Below, in pieces: positions 9,955 to 20,866 of a DNA stretch of 56,739 bases. How positions within the stretch are numbered: the stretch's first letter is position 1; each line of letters opens with the position of its first letter. Source of the DNA: an uncultured Clostridia bacterium (lineage in GTDB: Bacteria > Bacillota > Clostridia > TANB77 > CAG-508); the NCBI GenBank assembly GCA_947585105.1, contig CANPWV010000005.1:1-56739 (forward strand). The letters are read 5' to 3'. The notes under the pieces are model-generated. The model saw nothing but the letters and a program-made list of their open reading frames with translations, made no database searches and was not told where the DNA came from. Both the position numbers and the translations under genes were made by a program.

Positions 9955-11574
9955 TTAAGCAACTTTTGATAATTTCAAAAGTTCTTTTGCGTGTTCTTTT
10001 GAAACTTTACTCATATCTCCACTAGATATTCTAGCAATTTCATTAATTAGTTCTTCTCCATCTATTTTCTTCACATTTGTTTTAGTTTTTCCATCTTCTA
10101 CTATTTTATAAGAAAAATAATTATTTTCAGCGCTAGCAGCAATTACAGCCAAATGACTTACAACAAATATCTGATGATTTTTAGCAATCTTCTTCATTTT
10201 ACTACTTACAGCTCTCGCAGCAATTCCACTAATTCCAGTATCTATCTCATCAAATATTAATACTTTTTGGTCATTATCTATATCATTTAAAACAGTTTTT
10301 ATAGCAAGCATAATTCTTGAAAGTTCTCCACCAGAAGCAATTTTAGTAAGTGGTAAAAAGTCTTCACCAGTATTAGTACAAATAAGAAATTCTACTTTAT
10401 CAATTCCATTTTCATTGAATTTTCCTTCTTCATTTTCAATAACATCTACTAACAATTTAGAGTTTTTCATACTTAAATCACTTAATTCTTGATTAATATT
10501 TTCAGCTAAAATTTTACTATATTCAATTCTATAATTATGAATATAAGTTGAAAGTTCAGTCATCTCATTTTTAATTTCTTTTAATTCTCTTCTTATTTCA
10601 ATATTTCTTTCTTCTAAATTTTTAATATCAAAAATCTCTTTTTCTACTTCATTTCTATAATCTAAAATCTCTTTTATACTATTTCCATATTTTCGTTTTA
10701 AATTATTTATTAAATCTAATCTGTCTTCAATTTCTTCTTTTGAACTACTATCAAAATCTAATTCATATTTGAAATTATAAATATCTCTTGAAATTTCTTC
10801 AATATCATAATACGAATTTTTTAATTCCTCCAATTTCTTTTGATATTTTTCATCAAAATTTTCTATTTTTTCTAATGATCTGATTGAAGTTTCTAATCCT
10901 TCAACAACATCATTTAAGCTACTTCCAGAAATTTCTAAATTTTCATTTATTTTATCTATATTTGAAATTTGTTTTCTTTGAGTTTCTAAAACTTCCTCTT
11001 CTCCATCTTTTAAACCAGCATCATCTATTTCATTAATTTGATACTCAAGTAAATCTAATTTTCTTTGTTTTTCTTTTTCATCTCCAAACCCTAATTTTAG
11101 CTCCATTTTTAAACTATTATATTTTAAAAATAATTCTTTATATTGATTTAATTTATCAGAAATTTTATCACCTATAAAATTATCTAAATATTTTATATGA
11201 TAACTTACATCCATAATATTTTGGTTCTCATGTTGTTTAGCAATATCAATAATTTTCCCCATAAAATCTTTAAGTTCACTAACTGTTACAAGTCTTCCAT
11301 TTATCTTACAAATATTTCTTCCATTTATAAATATTTCTCTTGAAACAATTATCTCTTGAGTTTCTAGCCAAATACAAACTTCAACAAGTGAGCTATTTTC
11401 ACCTTTTCTAATCATTTCTTTTGAAAATCTTCCGCCTGAAATAATTCCAAATGAATCAATTATTAAACTTTTTCCACTTCCAGTTTCACCAGTTAAAACA
11501 TTAAATCCCTCTTCTAAATTTAAAGTTATATCTTCAATAATTCCTAAATTTTTGATATGTAATAGCGAAATCAT
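9955..11574 (-). CDS. recN: DNA repair protein RecN
   Basis: Walker A GETGSGKS, a long coiled-coil, and a C-terminal ASGGELSR signature with LIFDEIDTG. Confidence 0.95.
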   Translation of the reverse strand: MISLLHIKNLGIIEDITLNLEEGFNVLTGETGSGKSLIIDSFGIISGGRFSKEMIRKGENSSLVEVCIWLETQEIIVSREIFINGRNICKINGRLVTVSELKDFMGKIIDIAKQHENQNIMDVSYHIKYLDNFIGDKISDKLNQYKELFLKYNSLKMELKLGFGDEKEKQRKLDLLEYQINEIDDAGLKDGEEEVLETQRKQISNIDKINENLEISGSSLNDVVEGLETSIRSLEKIENFDEKYQKKLEELKNSYYDIEEISRDIYNFKYELDFDSSSKEEIEDRLDLINNLKRKYGNSIKEILDYRNEVEKEIFDIKNLEERNIEIRRELKEIKNEMTELSTYIHNYRIEYSKILAENINQELSDLSMKNSKLLVDVIENEEGKFNENGIDKVEFLICTNTGEDFLPLTKIASGGELSRIMLAIKTVLNDIDNDQKVLIFDEIDTGISGIAARAVSSKMKKIAKNHQIFVVSHLAVIAASAENNYFSYKIVEDGKTKTNVKKIDGEELINEIARISSGDMSKVSKEHAKELLKLSKVA

Positions 11575-11660
11575 AATAGAACCTCCGTTTGTAAAATCTT
11601 TGTTCGTAAATATAATATCACAAAAATTTGTTTTGTCAATATATTTTTAAAAATAAAAAA

Positions 11661-11691
11661 TAAAAAATCTTGTAAGCTTTTAACTACAAGA
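11661..11691 (-). terminator. Hairpin plus T-run after the two-component operon
   Basis: TCTTGTA...TACAAGA, followed on the minus strand by TTTTTTATTTTTT. Confidence 0.5.
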
Positions 11692-11710
11692 CTTTTACCA
11701 AAAATATTTT

Positions 11711-12842
11711 TTACATTTCAGCACTAATATTAGAATAATTTAATTCAAAATAAAACTCTACTCCATCTTGAACATTATTTACTCCATAGCTATTGTTATA
11801 TTTAGTCATTATTGCTTTAACTAACGCTAAACCTATTCCATTTCCACTATCTCTATTTCTAGAACTATCAACTTTATAAAACCTGTTCCAAATTCTATTT
11901 AAATTTTCTTCTGAAATATGTTCTCCTGTGTTGAAAATATTTATTCTAACTTTTCCTTGCTCTTCTGATTTTTGTATAGAAATTTTTATTTGTTTTTTCA
12001 AATTTACTTCTTTTACATTTTTTATAGCATTTGTAAAATAGTTACTTACAACTTGCTCTATATAAAAATCATCAGCAAACACATATATTGGCTGTTCTTC
12101 GTCAAAGACAACTTCTATATTTTCCTCTTCAAGTTTAACTTTAGAAATTCTAATAGATTCACGAATTAATTCAACTATATCAAAATTCTGATCATTGAAA
12201 TTATTATCTTCATATTCTAATTTCATAAGCTCTAGCAAACGCTTAACTAACTTATCCATTTTGTTTGCTTCGTCTAATATAACATTTGCATAAAAATTTT
12301 TATTTTCTTCATCTGTGTTTACATTTTCGACCAATCCCTCTGCGTATCCCTGAATAAGTGAGATTGGTGTTTTTAATTCATGAGAAACATCTGATATAAA
12401 TTGTTTTCTCATTTCATCAATTTTTGATTTTTTCTCAATATCTCTTTCAAGATCAATATTATCTTTTTGCATTTTACGAATAGTATTTTCAAGCTCGCGT
12501 GATAATTCATTTATACTTTTTCCAAGATGATCAAACTCATCATCTTTTCCAAGAAGTTCATATTTTTCAGAAAAATCTAATTTTGCTATATTTCTAGCAA
12601 TTTTATCTAGTTTTTCAACTGGCCTTGTAAAAATTTCAGTAATAATCCAAACCGCAATTCCTCCACCTAAAGTAGCAACAACTCCGAACTATTCCTAAAA
12701 ACCTAATATAATCAGATAAATCTGGAATATGTGAATCAGTAGTTTTAATATATACAGCGTTTGCAAGCATTACAAGTCCCACGGTCACAACTACTAAAAT
12801 ACATATCGTTAAAAAAAGTTTTGCTCTAACTGATTTTAACAT
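11711..12842 (-). CDS. Sensor histidine kinase; one +1 CGG site
   Basis: Track ORFs 12636..12842 and 11711..12472 (whose frame is open back to about 12685) join at CGG 12686-12684 to give ...FLGIV-GVVATLGGGIAVWIITEIF... H-box is FISDVSHELKTP and the ATPase G-box is GNGIGLALV. Confidence 0.9.
12684..12686 (-). other. In-frame CGG / +1 recoding site
   Basis: ATA GTT CGG AGT; +1 gives ..LGIV-GVVATLGGG.. Confidence 0.88.
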
Positions 12843-12855
12843 TTTAATTTCCTCT

Positions 12856-13536
12856 CTATTTTACCTCAAATTTATAACCAATTCCTCTAATCGTTTGTAT
12901 ATGTTTTCCCTTTTTTCCAAGTTTATGACGAACTTTTTTGATATGGCTATCAATAGTTCTTGAATCTCCATAATAGTCGTAATTCCAAACAGTATTTAAA
13001 ATTTTATCTCTCGACAGCGCAATATTTTCATTTTCCATCAAATATTTTAAAAGCTCATATTCTCTATAACTCATTTCAACTGGTTTTCCGTCAACTGTAA
13101 CTGTTCTTGCTTCATTATTCATAATAATTCCATCAGATGAAATTTCTTCTTTTTGAGCTTTGTGAGTTCTCTTTAAAATTGCCTCAACTCTAGCAACTAA
13201 TATCTTTGGGCTAAATGGCTTCGAAATATATTCTGACGCTCCAAGTTCAAACCCAAAAAGCTCATCTTGCTCTTCACTTCTAGCGGTTAGCATCACAATT
13301 GGAAGCTCTTCATCTTCTTGTCTTATTTGTCTTAAAACCGACCAACCATCAAGCTTTGGCATCATTACGTCAAGTAAAATTAAAGCAATTTTATTTTTAT
13401 TTTCTTTATAGACATTTAGCGCTTTTTCCCCATCTTCTGCTTCTAAAATATCATATTCTTTTTTCATTAGGAAATCTTTTATAAGTTTTCTCATTCTAGC
13501 TTCATCATCTACTACAAGTATTGTTAAATTTGGCAT
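12856..13536 (-). CDS. OmpR-family response regulator
   Basis: Receiver domain (ILVVDDE, LLDVMMPKLDG) plus a winged-helix C-terminus (IQTIRGIGYKF). Confidence 0.95.
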   Translation of the reverse strand: MPNLTILVVDDEARMRKLIKDFLMKKEYDILEAEDGEKALNVYKENKNKIALILLDVMMPKLDGWSVLRQIRQEDEELPIVMLTARSEEQDELFGFELGASEYISKPFSPKILVARVEAILKRTHKAQKEEISSDGIIMNNEARTVTVDGKPVEMSYREYELLKYLMENENIALSRDKILNTVWNYDYYGDSRTIDSHIKKVRHKLGKKGKHIQTIRGIGYKFEVK

Positions 13537-13574
13537 AATTACGTCCTTTCTAGCAAACTTTGAATAGATTGCTT

Positions 13575-15350
13575 TTAAATTAATTTTTTCAAATTATCTA
13601 AGTTTTCTTTAAAATATTTAAACGCTATGTCATAAGTTTCTTTTTTAGTCAAATCAACACCTACGCCTTTTAATAAATCTAGTGAATCTTCTGAGCCACC
13701 TTTTGAAAGAGTTTCAAGATATTTTTCTACAAATCCAGGTTTTCCACTCATTATATTTTGAGCAATTACAATTGCTGATGTAATTCCAGTCGCATATTTG
13801 TACACATAGAAATTTGAGTAAAAATGCGGAATTCTAGCCCATTCATACTTTATTAACTCATCACAAAAAATATCCTCTCCAAAATATTTTTTATTTAAAT
13901 TATAATAAATTTCATTTAAATTATCTGATGATAAACTTTCATGTTTCTCTATTTTCTCATGAACAATTTTCTCAAATTCAGCAAACATAGTCTGTCTATA
14001 CAAAGTAGCTCTTATCATATCTAATTGTTCATTAATCAAAAACGCCTTCTTTTCCTTATTTTCAGTATTTTTTATTTGATAATTTGCAAGTAAGATTTCA
14101 TTTACAGTTGAAGCAACTTCAGCAACCATTATTGTATAATCAGAATTTAAAACATTTTGAGTAGTATCAGCCAAATAGCTATGAATAGCGTGGCCTAACT
14201 CATGAGCAATAGTTGAAATATCTCTTGAAGAATTTATAAAGTTTAGTAAAACAAAAGGATGAACTCCATAAACTCCCATACTGTAAGCACCTGTGTGTTT
14301 ATTTTCTTTTTCATAAACATCTATCCATCTATTTTCCATTGCTTCTTTAAGCTTAGAAACATAGTCATCTCCCATAATAGAAAGTGCGTTTAAAACTATC
14401 TTTTTAGCCTCTTCATAACTTACATTTTCTTCTTTTTCCTCAAAAGAATTTCTGTAAACATCATATAAATGTAGCTTTCCGTCATCTAATTCATTTTTCA
14501 AAAGTTCTTTTTTAAGTTTTAAATATTCATGATTATATTTTAAATTTTCATTTACAGAATCAACTAAAGTATAATAAACATCTTCTTTTGAATCGTCATT
14601 ATTAGACGCCATATCAATAGAATTTTTATATTTTCTAATCCTTGCGGTTGTAGAAAATTCTTTAACTCTAGCTAAATATAATTCTGCAATAGTATTTATA
14701 TTTTGTTTGTATGGTTTATACATTGACTCAAATGAGTTTTTTCTTAAAACTCTATCTTTTCCAGACAAATATTTTGAATATAAACCATGTGACATCTTAA
14801 GTATCTCACCATTTTCATTTTCAACATCATCAAACTTAAAATCAGCTGTTGTGAAAACTGAATAAGCGCTCTCGACCGCTTCAAATACTTCTGAATAACT
14901 AGCTAAAAGCTCCTCTGATTCTTTTGATAAAACATGATCTTTTTCTCTTATAATTTTTTCTAAACTCCTTTTATATTCCTTCATTTCAGGATTATTTTTC
15001 CAAGAAATTAAAGTTTCTTTTGAATTTTCAATAATTTCTGGAACAGAATAAGAAACAGCCTCTGAATATTTTGCTCCTAAACTTACAGCATCTTTATATA
15101 ATTTAGAATTTTCGCCATTTCCCATATTTTGATGATATTTAAACATTGAATATGAATAAATTTTTATATAAAATTTACTAATTTTTTCTTTTAATTCATA
15201 ATATTTCTTAACTGTTTCTAAATTATTTAATTTTCCTTTAAATTTCTTTATTTCATCTATATATTCTTCAAATTTTCTAATCAATTCTAATCTTTCTTCT
15301 TCATTCTTAAAAAGACTTGTTAAATCCCAGTCAAATTCATCATTTTTCAC
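13575..15350 (-). CDS. pepF: Oligoendopeptidase F (M3B)
   Basis: 591 aa with the HELGH zinc motif (TIAHELGHAIHSY). Confidence 0.92.
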   Translation of the reverse strand: MKNDEFDWDLTSLFKNEEERLELIRKFEEYIDEIKKFKGKLNNLETVKKYYELKEKISKFYIKIYSYSMFKYHQNMGNGENSKLYKDAVSLGAKYSEAVSYSVPEIIENSKETLISWKNNPEMKEYKRSLEKIIREKDHVLSKESEELLASYSEVFEAVESAYSVFTTADFKFDDVENENGEILKMSHGLYSKYLSGKDRVLRKNSFESMYKPYKQNINTIAELYLARVKEFSTTARIRKYKNSIDMASNNDDSKEDVYYTLVDSVNENLKYNHEYLKLKKELLKNELDDGKLHLYDVYRNSFEEKEENVSYEEAKKIVLNALSIMGDDYVSKLKEAMENRWIDVYEKENKHTGAYSMGVYGVHPFVLLNFINSSRDISTIAHELGHAIHSYLADTTQNVLNSDYTIMVAEVASTVNEILLANYQIKNTENKEKKAFLINEQLDMIRATLYRQTMFAEFEKIVHEKIEKHESLSSDNLNEIYYNLNKKYFGEDIFCDELIKYEWARIPHFYSNFYVYKYATGITSAIVIAQNIMSGKPGFVEKYLETLSKGGSEDSLDLLKGVGVDLTKKETYDIAFKYFKENLDNLKKLI

Positions 15351-15540
15351 TTTTAACCCTCCTTTAAAAATAAATTTTATTTTCGATTATTCTATCACAC
15401 TTATATTAAATTTTCAAGATTAAAAAGCCTCAAAAAATTCACATATATTTTAAACTTTGCACAAAATTTTTAAAAGCTCTTCCATTTTCTAAAATTTAGT
15501 GATAGTATTTATTTAAACAATATATAAAAGGAGAATTTCT

Positions 15541-16543
15541 ATGATAGACCCATTAGACAATCCAGTATTTTTGAATGATTTTTTAGATTATTCAAGTTCT
15601 ATTTTAAATAAGTCCCAAAATTCAATAAAAGAATATAATTATGATATTGCTCATTTTCTTAAATTTATAAAATTTAGATTTAGAATGACTAATGTAAAAG
15701 ACAAAACTGAATTAAAAACAATTGAAATTAATGATATGGATTTACAAACCATTGAAAAAATAACTTTAGAAGATATTCACGCTTTTTTAGCTTATTTAAA
15801 AGATACATATAATTCAAAGCCTGCAACTCTTGCTAGAAAAGCCTCAACTATAAGAATCTTCTTTCATTATTTATGTAATAAAACAAAAAAGATTTCCACA
15901 AATCCTGCACAAGATTTGGAAAATCCAAAGCAAGAAAAAAGATTGCCAAAATATTTAAGCTTAGAACAATCAAAGCAACTTCTAGAAACCGCTAGCCACC
16001 CTCAAGAGACATCACATGGAAATCATGACAATTCTATAAGAAATTATGCAATAATCACATTATTCCTAAACTGCGGAATGCGTTTATCTGAGCTTGTTGG
16101 AATAAATATAAAAGATATCAGTTTTGAAGATAATAAATTAAATGTAATTGGTAAAGGAAATAAAGAAAGAACAATTTACTTGAACGAAGCTTGTGTAAAG
16201 GCTTTAAAGGTATATCTTTCTGTTAGACCTCATGATGGTGTAAAAGGAACTGATAGAGATGCTTTATTTTTAAGTGAACAAAAAAAGAGAATTAGTAACA
16301 GAACTATTCAATATATAGTAAAAGAAGAACTTCGCTTAGCTCGGAATTGACTCTAATAAATATTCTGTTCATAAACTTCGTCATACTGCCGCTACACTTA
16401 TGTATAAATATGGAAATGTTGATATTAGAGCTCTTCAAGAGCTTTTAGGTCATGAATCAATTGCTACAACTCAAATTTACACACATGTTGATAACGAACA
16501 AATTCGTACAGCTGTTGAAAAAAATCCTTTAGCAAATCTATAA
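15541..16543 (+). CDS. Tyrosine recombinase, XerC/XerD-like; one +1 CGG site
   Basis: ORF 15541..16350 continues +1 at CGG 16342-16344 to give ...[25 protein letters not shown]...[15 protein letters not shown]... This restores the catalytic R-H-R-Y region. Stop is TAA 16541-16543. Confidence 0.9.
16342..16344 (+). other. In-frame CGG / +1 recoding site
   Basis: TTA GCT CGG AAT TGA; +1 gives ..[19 protein letters not shown].. Confidence 0.9.
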
Positions 16544-16576
16544 AAAACCGCTTGGAACTCACTCCAAGCGGTTTTA
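16544..16576. terminator. Bidirectional hairpin terminator
   Basis: AAACCGCTTGGA-actcac-TCCAAGCGGTTT between convergent genes. Confidence 0.8.
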
Positions 16577-17291
16577 CTATATCATTCTAATAATAGCGTG
16601 AACTGTATTTTCATCTTTTGACTTTATTACGCAAAAATGGTTTTCCCCTTCTTTTCCATAAAAAGCTTTTATTTCTTCTACATCTCTAATTTCTTTTTTA
16701 TAAAGGACATCAACTTTTTTGGCGTTTTCTAGAACTTCTAAAGGCATAACTTGTGTTGCAAAATCAATATAATTAATATTATGAACATGACCATTTGCAT
16801 CAATCATATCTTTTGTAATTTTTACACAAACACTATTTATATAACTTTCTGGCTCTTTTAATTTTTCTGGCTTATCATCAAAAACTTTATCAGGCTCTGT
16901 TGTATATAAATCCATTATAACATCTGTTGGTTTAGTCATTCCCATAGTTTCTAAATCGATTAAAATCCATTTTGAAGTAGCTTTTACAACTACTTCATTA
17001 TTTTCATCATAAACATAAAAATCACGAAGCGCGTAAATTTTATCTACTCCATTTGACCAAGTTTTTACTCTTAAATTTTCTGAATATTTAGGTCTTCTAA
17101 TAAATTCTACTTTCCAATTAATTAAAACCCATGTCTTTTTAATTCTTGGAATATCTAGAAGTCCAAAACCAGCAATATTTGAATGGATTCCAGCAACATC
17201 TTCCAAATAGCTTAATATAGACTTTATTTTCAAATTATTTTTATAATCTACATCTCTAAATCCAACATAAAAATTATGTTCAACAAACATT
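16577..17291 (-). CDS. Acyl-ACP thioesterase
   Basis: The start MFVEHNFYVGFRDVDYKNNLK at 17291 follows SD AGAGGAAAA. The hot-dog fold pattern is typical of bacterial FatA/B-like thioesterases. The longer track start at 17407 overlaps the upstream gene. Confidence 0.85.
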
Positions 17292-17306
17292 TTATTTTCC
17301 TCTTTT

Positions 17307-18401
17307 CTATTTAAATTTGTTTTGTATAATTGAATAATCACCATTATCTTTTCCGTCTGACTTAAATATAAAAGCAGTCGAAATTGGTCTTGATCTATGT
17401 TGTCCACTTTGGCTTACAGGATTATTTATAAGTTTGTTTTTTACTGTCATTCCAGTAGATGTACCACCATCTAAGCAACTAGCATTATATGCTCCATATT
17501 TTTCCATAATGTCTAAAACATCTTTATATGTAGCTCCTCTTCCTAAAGTTCTATCACCATCTAAAACTAAAAACAAAAATATTCCGTCTTTTCTTTGACC
17601 AATAGCTGTTCTAGGAGAACGTCCACCAGCAATTCCTGACACATCAGCTGTAATTCCATTTACGATTAAATATGGTCCAAATGAAACACTATCTGTGATT
17701 CCAAGAGCTAAAGCTTGAGAACTCGAAATATCTCCTAAATATAACTTATGATCATGAGTTAATCCTATTATACCGCCTTTTAAATTTTCTCTATCATAAA
17801 ATGTTTCATGAAGTAATTTTCCATTATCTATTGTAATTCCTAAAGGTTCGCCACCTGTTCCATTTCCTTTTGGATCAACAAATCCACCGCCATTTATAGC
17901 AACTAAAGCATTATTTTGCTCAGAAATTTTTGATAAATATTGTCCATCTTTTCCTAGATATTTTGTAACCGCAACATCTACACGATATGGATCATATATT
18001 ACAGCTAAATATCCATCAAATCTATCTCCATTTATTTTTATTATTTTATAATCATTATTGTTTTTATCTTTTGACAAAATTTCTTTTTCATAATCATTTT
18101 CAAATTTAATATTATCTAATTTTGAATAATCAATAAATTGAACCTCTTCTAAGTTACTCGCAAATGTAAAACCTACAATCGAATTTCTTCCTAAACTATC
18201 TTTTATTGTTTCATCATCATAAAAAAAAGTAGCAAAATATTTATGACTCATAGTTGACATTGCTGTATTAATAAGCCAATCTCTAAATCTAAAAAATGGT
18301 CCATACATTAAATATAAAAAACTATAAATTCCTAATGTTCCTATCATAAATAAAAGAACTAGAAATTTTTTAAATCTTCTTTTTGATTTCTTCTTTCCCA
18401 A
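17307..18401 (-). CDS. Phosphodiester glycosidase family protein (NAGPA/DUF2233-like) with an N-terminal TM segment
   Basis: 364-aa ORF with an N-terminal anchor and AINGGGF...GEPLGITIDNGK motifs. Confidence 0.8.
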   Translation of the reverse strand: MGKKKSKRRFKKFLVLLFMIGTLGIYSFLYLMYGPFFRFRDWLINTAMSTMSHKYFATFFYDDETIKDSLGRNSIVGFTFASNLEEVQFIDYSKLDNIKFENDYEKEILSKDKNNNDYKIIKINGDRFDGYLAVIYDPYRVDVAVTKYLGKDGQYLSKISEQNNALVAINGGGFVDPKGNGTGGEPLGITIDNGKLLHETFYDRENLKGGIIGLTHDHKLYLGDISSSQALALGITDSVSFGPYLIVNGITADVSGIAGGRSPRTAIGQRKDGIFLFLVLDGDRTLGRGATYKDVLDIMEKYGAYNASCLDGGTSTGMTVKNKLINNPVSQSGQHRSRPISTAFIFKSDGKDNGDYSIIQNKFK

Positions 18402-18589
18402 ATTTTTCTCCTAAAAGCTAATAACTTTCTTTTTTATATCACATATTAAAACTTTTTTCAATATTTTAAATTTTTATCTAATTTTTTCATCAAAATTTTC
18501 AAGAAAATATTGATTTTTTAATGATTTTTGAATATAATTATTATTGTTAAGTAATTTTAAACTTATCATATTTATAGGAGGAATAAAAA

Positions 18590-20122
18590 ATGGAAGAAGA
18601 TAAGAAAACCATTGAAAATGAAAAACCTAAAAAAGAAGAAACAAAAACTGAAGATGTTTCAAAAGAAACAAAAGCTTCTACAGAAGCAAATCCAAAGAAA
18701 AAATCAAAAGGTCCTTTAATTGCTATAATAGTTGTTATTGTAGCAATAATAATTGGTGCCATTGCTGGAGCTGTTTATTTTATTTGCTTTTCAGCAAAAG
18801 AAATTGATTTAACAAAATACATTTCTGTTACATATGATGGATTTAATGGTCATGGAGAAGTAGATACTATCGAAATAAACCAAAAAGAACTTAATAAATT
18901 TTTAGATGATTCTAGCTTATCTAGAAAATTCAAAAATAAAATAGAACTTGAAGTTGAAAATACAGAATATTTAAAAAATGGAGATAATCTAAAAGTAAAA
19001 GCTTCTATCTCTTCTAGCTGGCTTGAAGAACACAAATTAAAAATCAAAGACAAATCAATTACTATTAAAGTTTCTGGTCTTGAAGAAGCTTCAACTATTG
19101 ATTTATCTAAATATGTTGAACTTGAATATAATGGATTTAACAAACATGCTACAGCTACAGTTAAATTATCAGATGATTTAAAAGATGAATTTGAAAGTAG
19201 TTCAGTATATTCTTCATTCGTTAATAATTTAAAATGTGAAATTGAAGATGTTGATACTCTTAAAAATGGAGACAAAGTTGAAGTTTCATTTAACATTTCT
19301 GATTCATGGCTTGAAGAACATGGAATAAAACTTAAAAAAGATACTGCTACAGTAGAAGTTGAAGGCTTAAAAGATGCTGATGAAGTTGATGTATTCCAAG
19401 ATATTAACATTAGTGTTTCTGGAATGAGCCCATCACTTAAAGTTTCAGTTTCAACAAATAGCAAAGATGAATTTATTAAAACTGTTAAATATGAAGCTAG
19501 TAAATCTGATGGACTTTCAAATAATGATAAAATTACTATAAAAGCTGTTAGCTGGGATGAAGATATGGCTAAAGAAAAAGGAATAGCTGTAAAAAATACT
19601 GAAATGGAATATACTGTAACAGGTCAAGGATTTTATATTTATAAAACCTCTGAGCTTACTGGAACAACCTTAGAATCATTAAAAACAAAATTACTAGATC
19701 AAGCTAGAAGTTGCGCAAATGAAGATGATGGTGGTTATGTTCGTGACAATACAGATTATAAACATGTAGAACTTGGTGTTGATTATGATTGGGGCGGTGA
19801 AAAGAGAAAATCAGACATTACTGTTGGTGAACCACAACTTATGGCTTTATATTTATTAACAAATAAAGATACAACAGATAATCCTATAAATAAAGTTATT
19901 GGAATTTATAAAGTAGGATTTACTTCTGCTATTAGTCAAACTACTTATGATTGGTATTTTACAGTTACAGCTGAGAATGTTTCAGCAAAATCTGATGGAA
20001 CTTTAACTGAAAACGCTAAATACAGTGCTTCAGGTAGATCAGGAAATGATCAAACAAGCGCTTACAATGAATATGTAGATAGTGAAAAAGGTTACTTTGA
20101 TGTTGAAAGTATTTCATTTTAA
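18590..20122 (+). CDS. Membrane-anchored protein with repeated ~100-aa modules
   Basis: 510 aa with a Lys/Glu-rich N-terminus and a TM segment IAIIVVIVAIIIGAIAGAVYFI. Internal repeats are SSWLEEHKLKIKDKSITIKVSGLEE and SDSWLEEHGIKLKKDTATVEVEGLKD. Confidence 0.8.
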   Translation: MEEDKKTIENEKPKKEETKTEDVSKETKASTEANPKKKSKGPLIAIIVVIVAIIIGAIAGAVYFICFSAKEIDLTKYISVTYDGFNGHGEVDTIEINQKELNKFLDDSSLSRKFKNKIELEVENTEYLKNGDNLKVKASISSSWLEEHKLKIKDKSITIKVSGLEEASTIDLSKYVELEYNGFNKHATATVKLSDDLKDEFESSSVYSSFVNNLKCEIEDVDTLKNGDKVEVSFNISDSWLEEHGIKLKKDTATVEVEGLKDADEVDVFQDINISVSGMSPSLKVSVSTNSKDEFIKTVKYEASKSDGLSNNDKITIKAVSWDEDMAKEKGIAVKNTEMEYTVTGQGFYIYKTSELTGTTLESLKTKLLDQARSCANEDDGGYVRDNTDYKHVELGVDYDWGGEKRKSDITVGEPQLMALYLLTNKDTTDNPINKVIGIYKVGFTSAISQTTYDWYFTVTAENVSAKSDGTLTENAKYSASGRSGNDQTSAYNEYVDSEKGYFDVESISF

Positions 20123-20136
20123 TTAAATAAAATTCT

Positions 20137-20168
20137 ACCCTGACTTTTTAGAGAGTCAGGGTTTTTTA
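20137..20168 (+). terminator. Rho-independent terminator
   Basis: CCCTGACT-loop-AGTCAGGG followed by TTTTTT. Confidence 0.8.
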
Positions 20169-20241
20169 TTCCTCGTTTACATAACAAAAATGTATTTTAA
20201 ACATAAAATATATTAATGTTAAATGTAAAGGAGGTATTTTT

Positions 20242-20824
20242 TTGGAATTAAAAAACAAAAGAATTGGTTATTGCTTCACTGGCTCTTTTTGTACATTTGA
20301 GGCAAGTATAAAAGAAATGGAAAAACTCGTTAAAGAAGAAAAAGCCACTATCTTCCCTATTATGTCTTATAATAGTTATAATTTAGACACTAAATTTGGA
20401 AGCTCAGAATATTTTAGAGATAAAATTGAAAGAATTACTGGAAACCCTATAATTCATACAATTCAAGATTCTGAACCTATTGGTCCAAAAGATATGTTAG
20501 ATATTTTAATAATTGCGCCATGCTCTGGAAATACTCTTTCAAAAATTGCAAACGATATAAATGACACACCAGTAACTATGGCTGTAAAATCAATTCTTCG
20601 CCGTGAAAAGCCAGTCGTAATCGCTGTTTCAACAAATAACGCTCTATCTCGGAAATGCTGAAAACATTGGAAAAGTTTTAAACAGAAAAAATTTTTATTT
20701 TGTTCCTATGAAACAAGATAATCCTATTACTAAACCTCGTTCAATTGTATTTGATCCTACTTATATAAAGAAAACTTTAGAAGAAGCTTTAGATGGAAAA
20801 CAAATTCAGCCTATATTATTATGA
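20242..20824 (+). CDS. dpaB: Dipicolinate synthase subunit B (SpoVFB); one +1 CGG site
   Basis: TTG start after SD AAGGAGG. ORF 20242..20661 continues +1 at CGG 20650-20652 to give ...STNNALS-GNAENIGKVLNRKNFYFVPMKQDNP...KQIQPILL, which matches the SpoVFB C-terminus. Stop is TGA 20822-20824. Confidence 0.88.
20650..20652 (+). other. In-frame CGG / +1 recoding site
   Basis: CTA TCT CGG AAA; +1 gives ..NALS-GNAENIGKV.. Confidence 0.88.
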
Positions 20825-20835
20825 ATATAAAAACT

Positions 20836-20859
20836 CCCAGAAGCAAAACTACTTCTGGG
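20836..20859. terminator. Hairpin between convergent genes
   Basis: CCCAGAAG-caaaacta-CTTCTGGG. Confidence 0.7.
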
Positions 20860-20866
20860 AATAATT

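Noticed and set aside
15541-16543. The Xer-type recombinase as the cassette-switching enzyme.
   Set aside because: It lies 12 kb from the nearest box, between housekeeping genes, and looks like a chromosomal XerC/D-type dimer-resolution enzyme. The link cannot be excluded, but nothing here supports it.
16577-17407. The long N-terminal extension of the thioesterase ORF (start at 17407).
   Set aside because: It overlaps the 3' end of the upstream glycosidase gene by 100 nt. An SD-preceded ATG at 17291 gives the canonical N-terminus.
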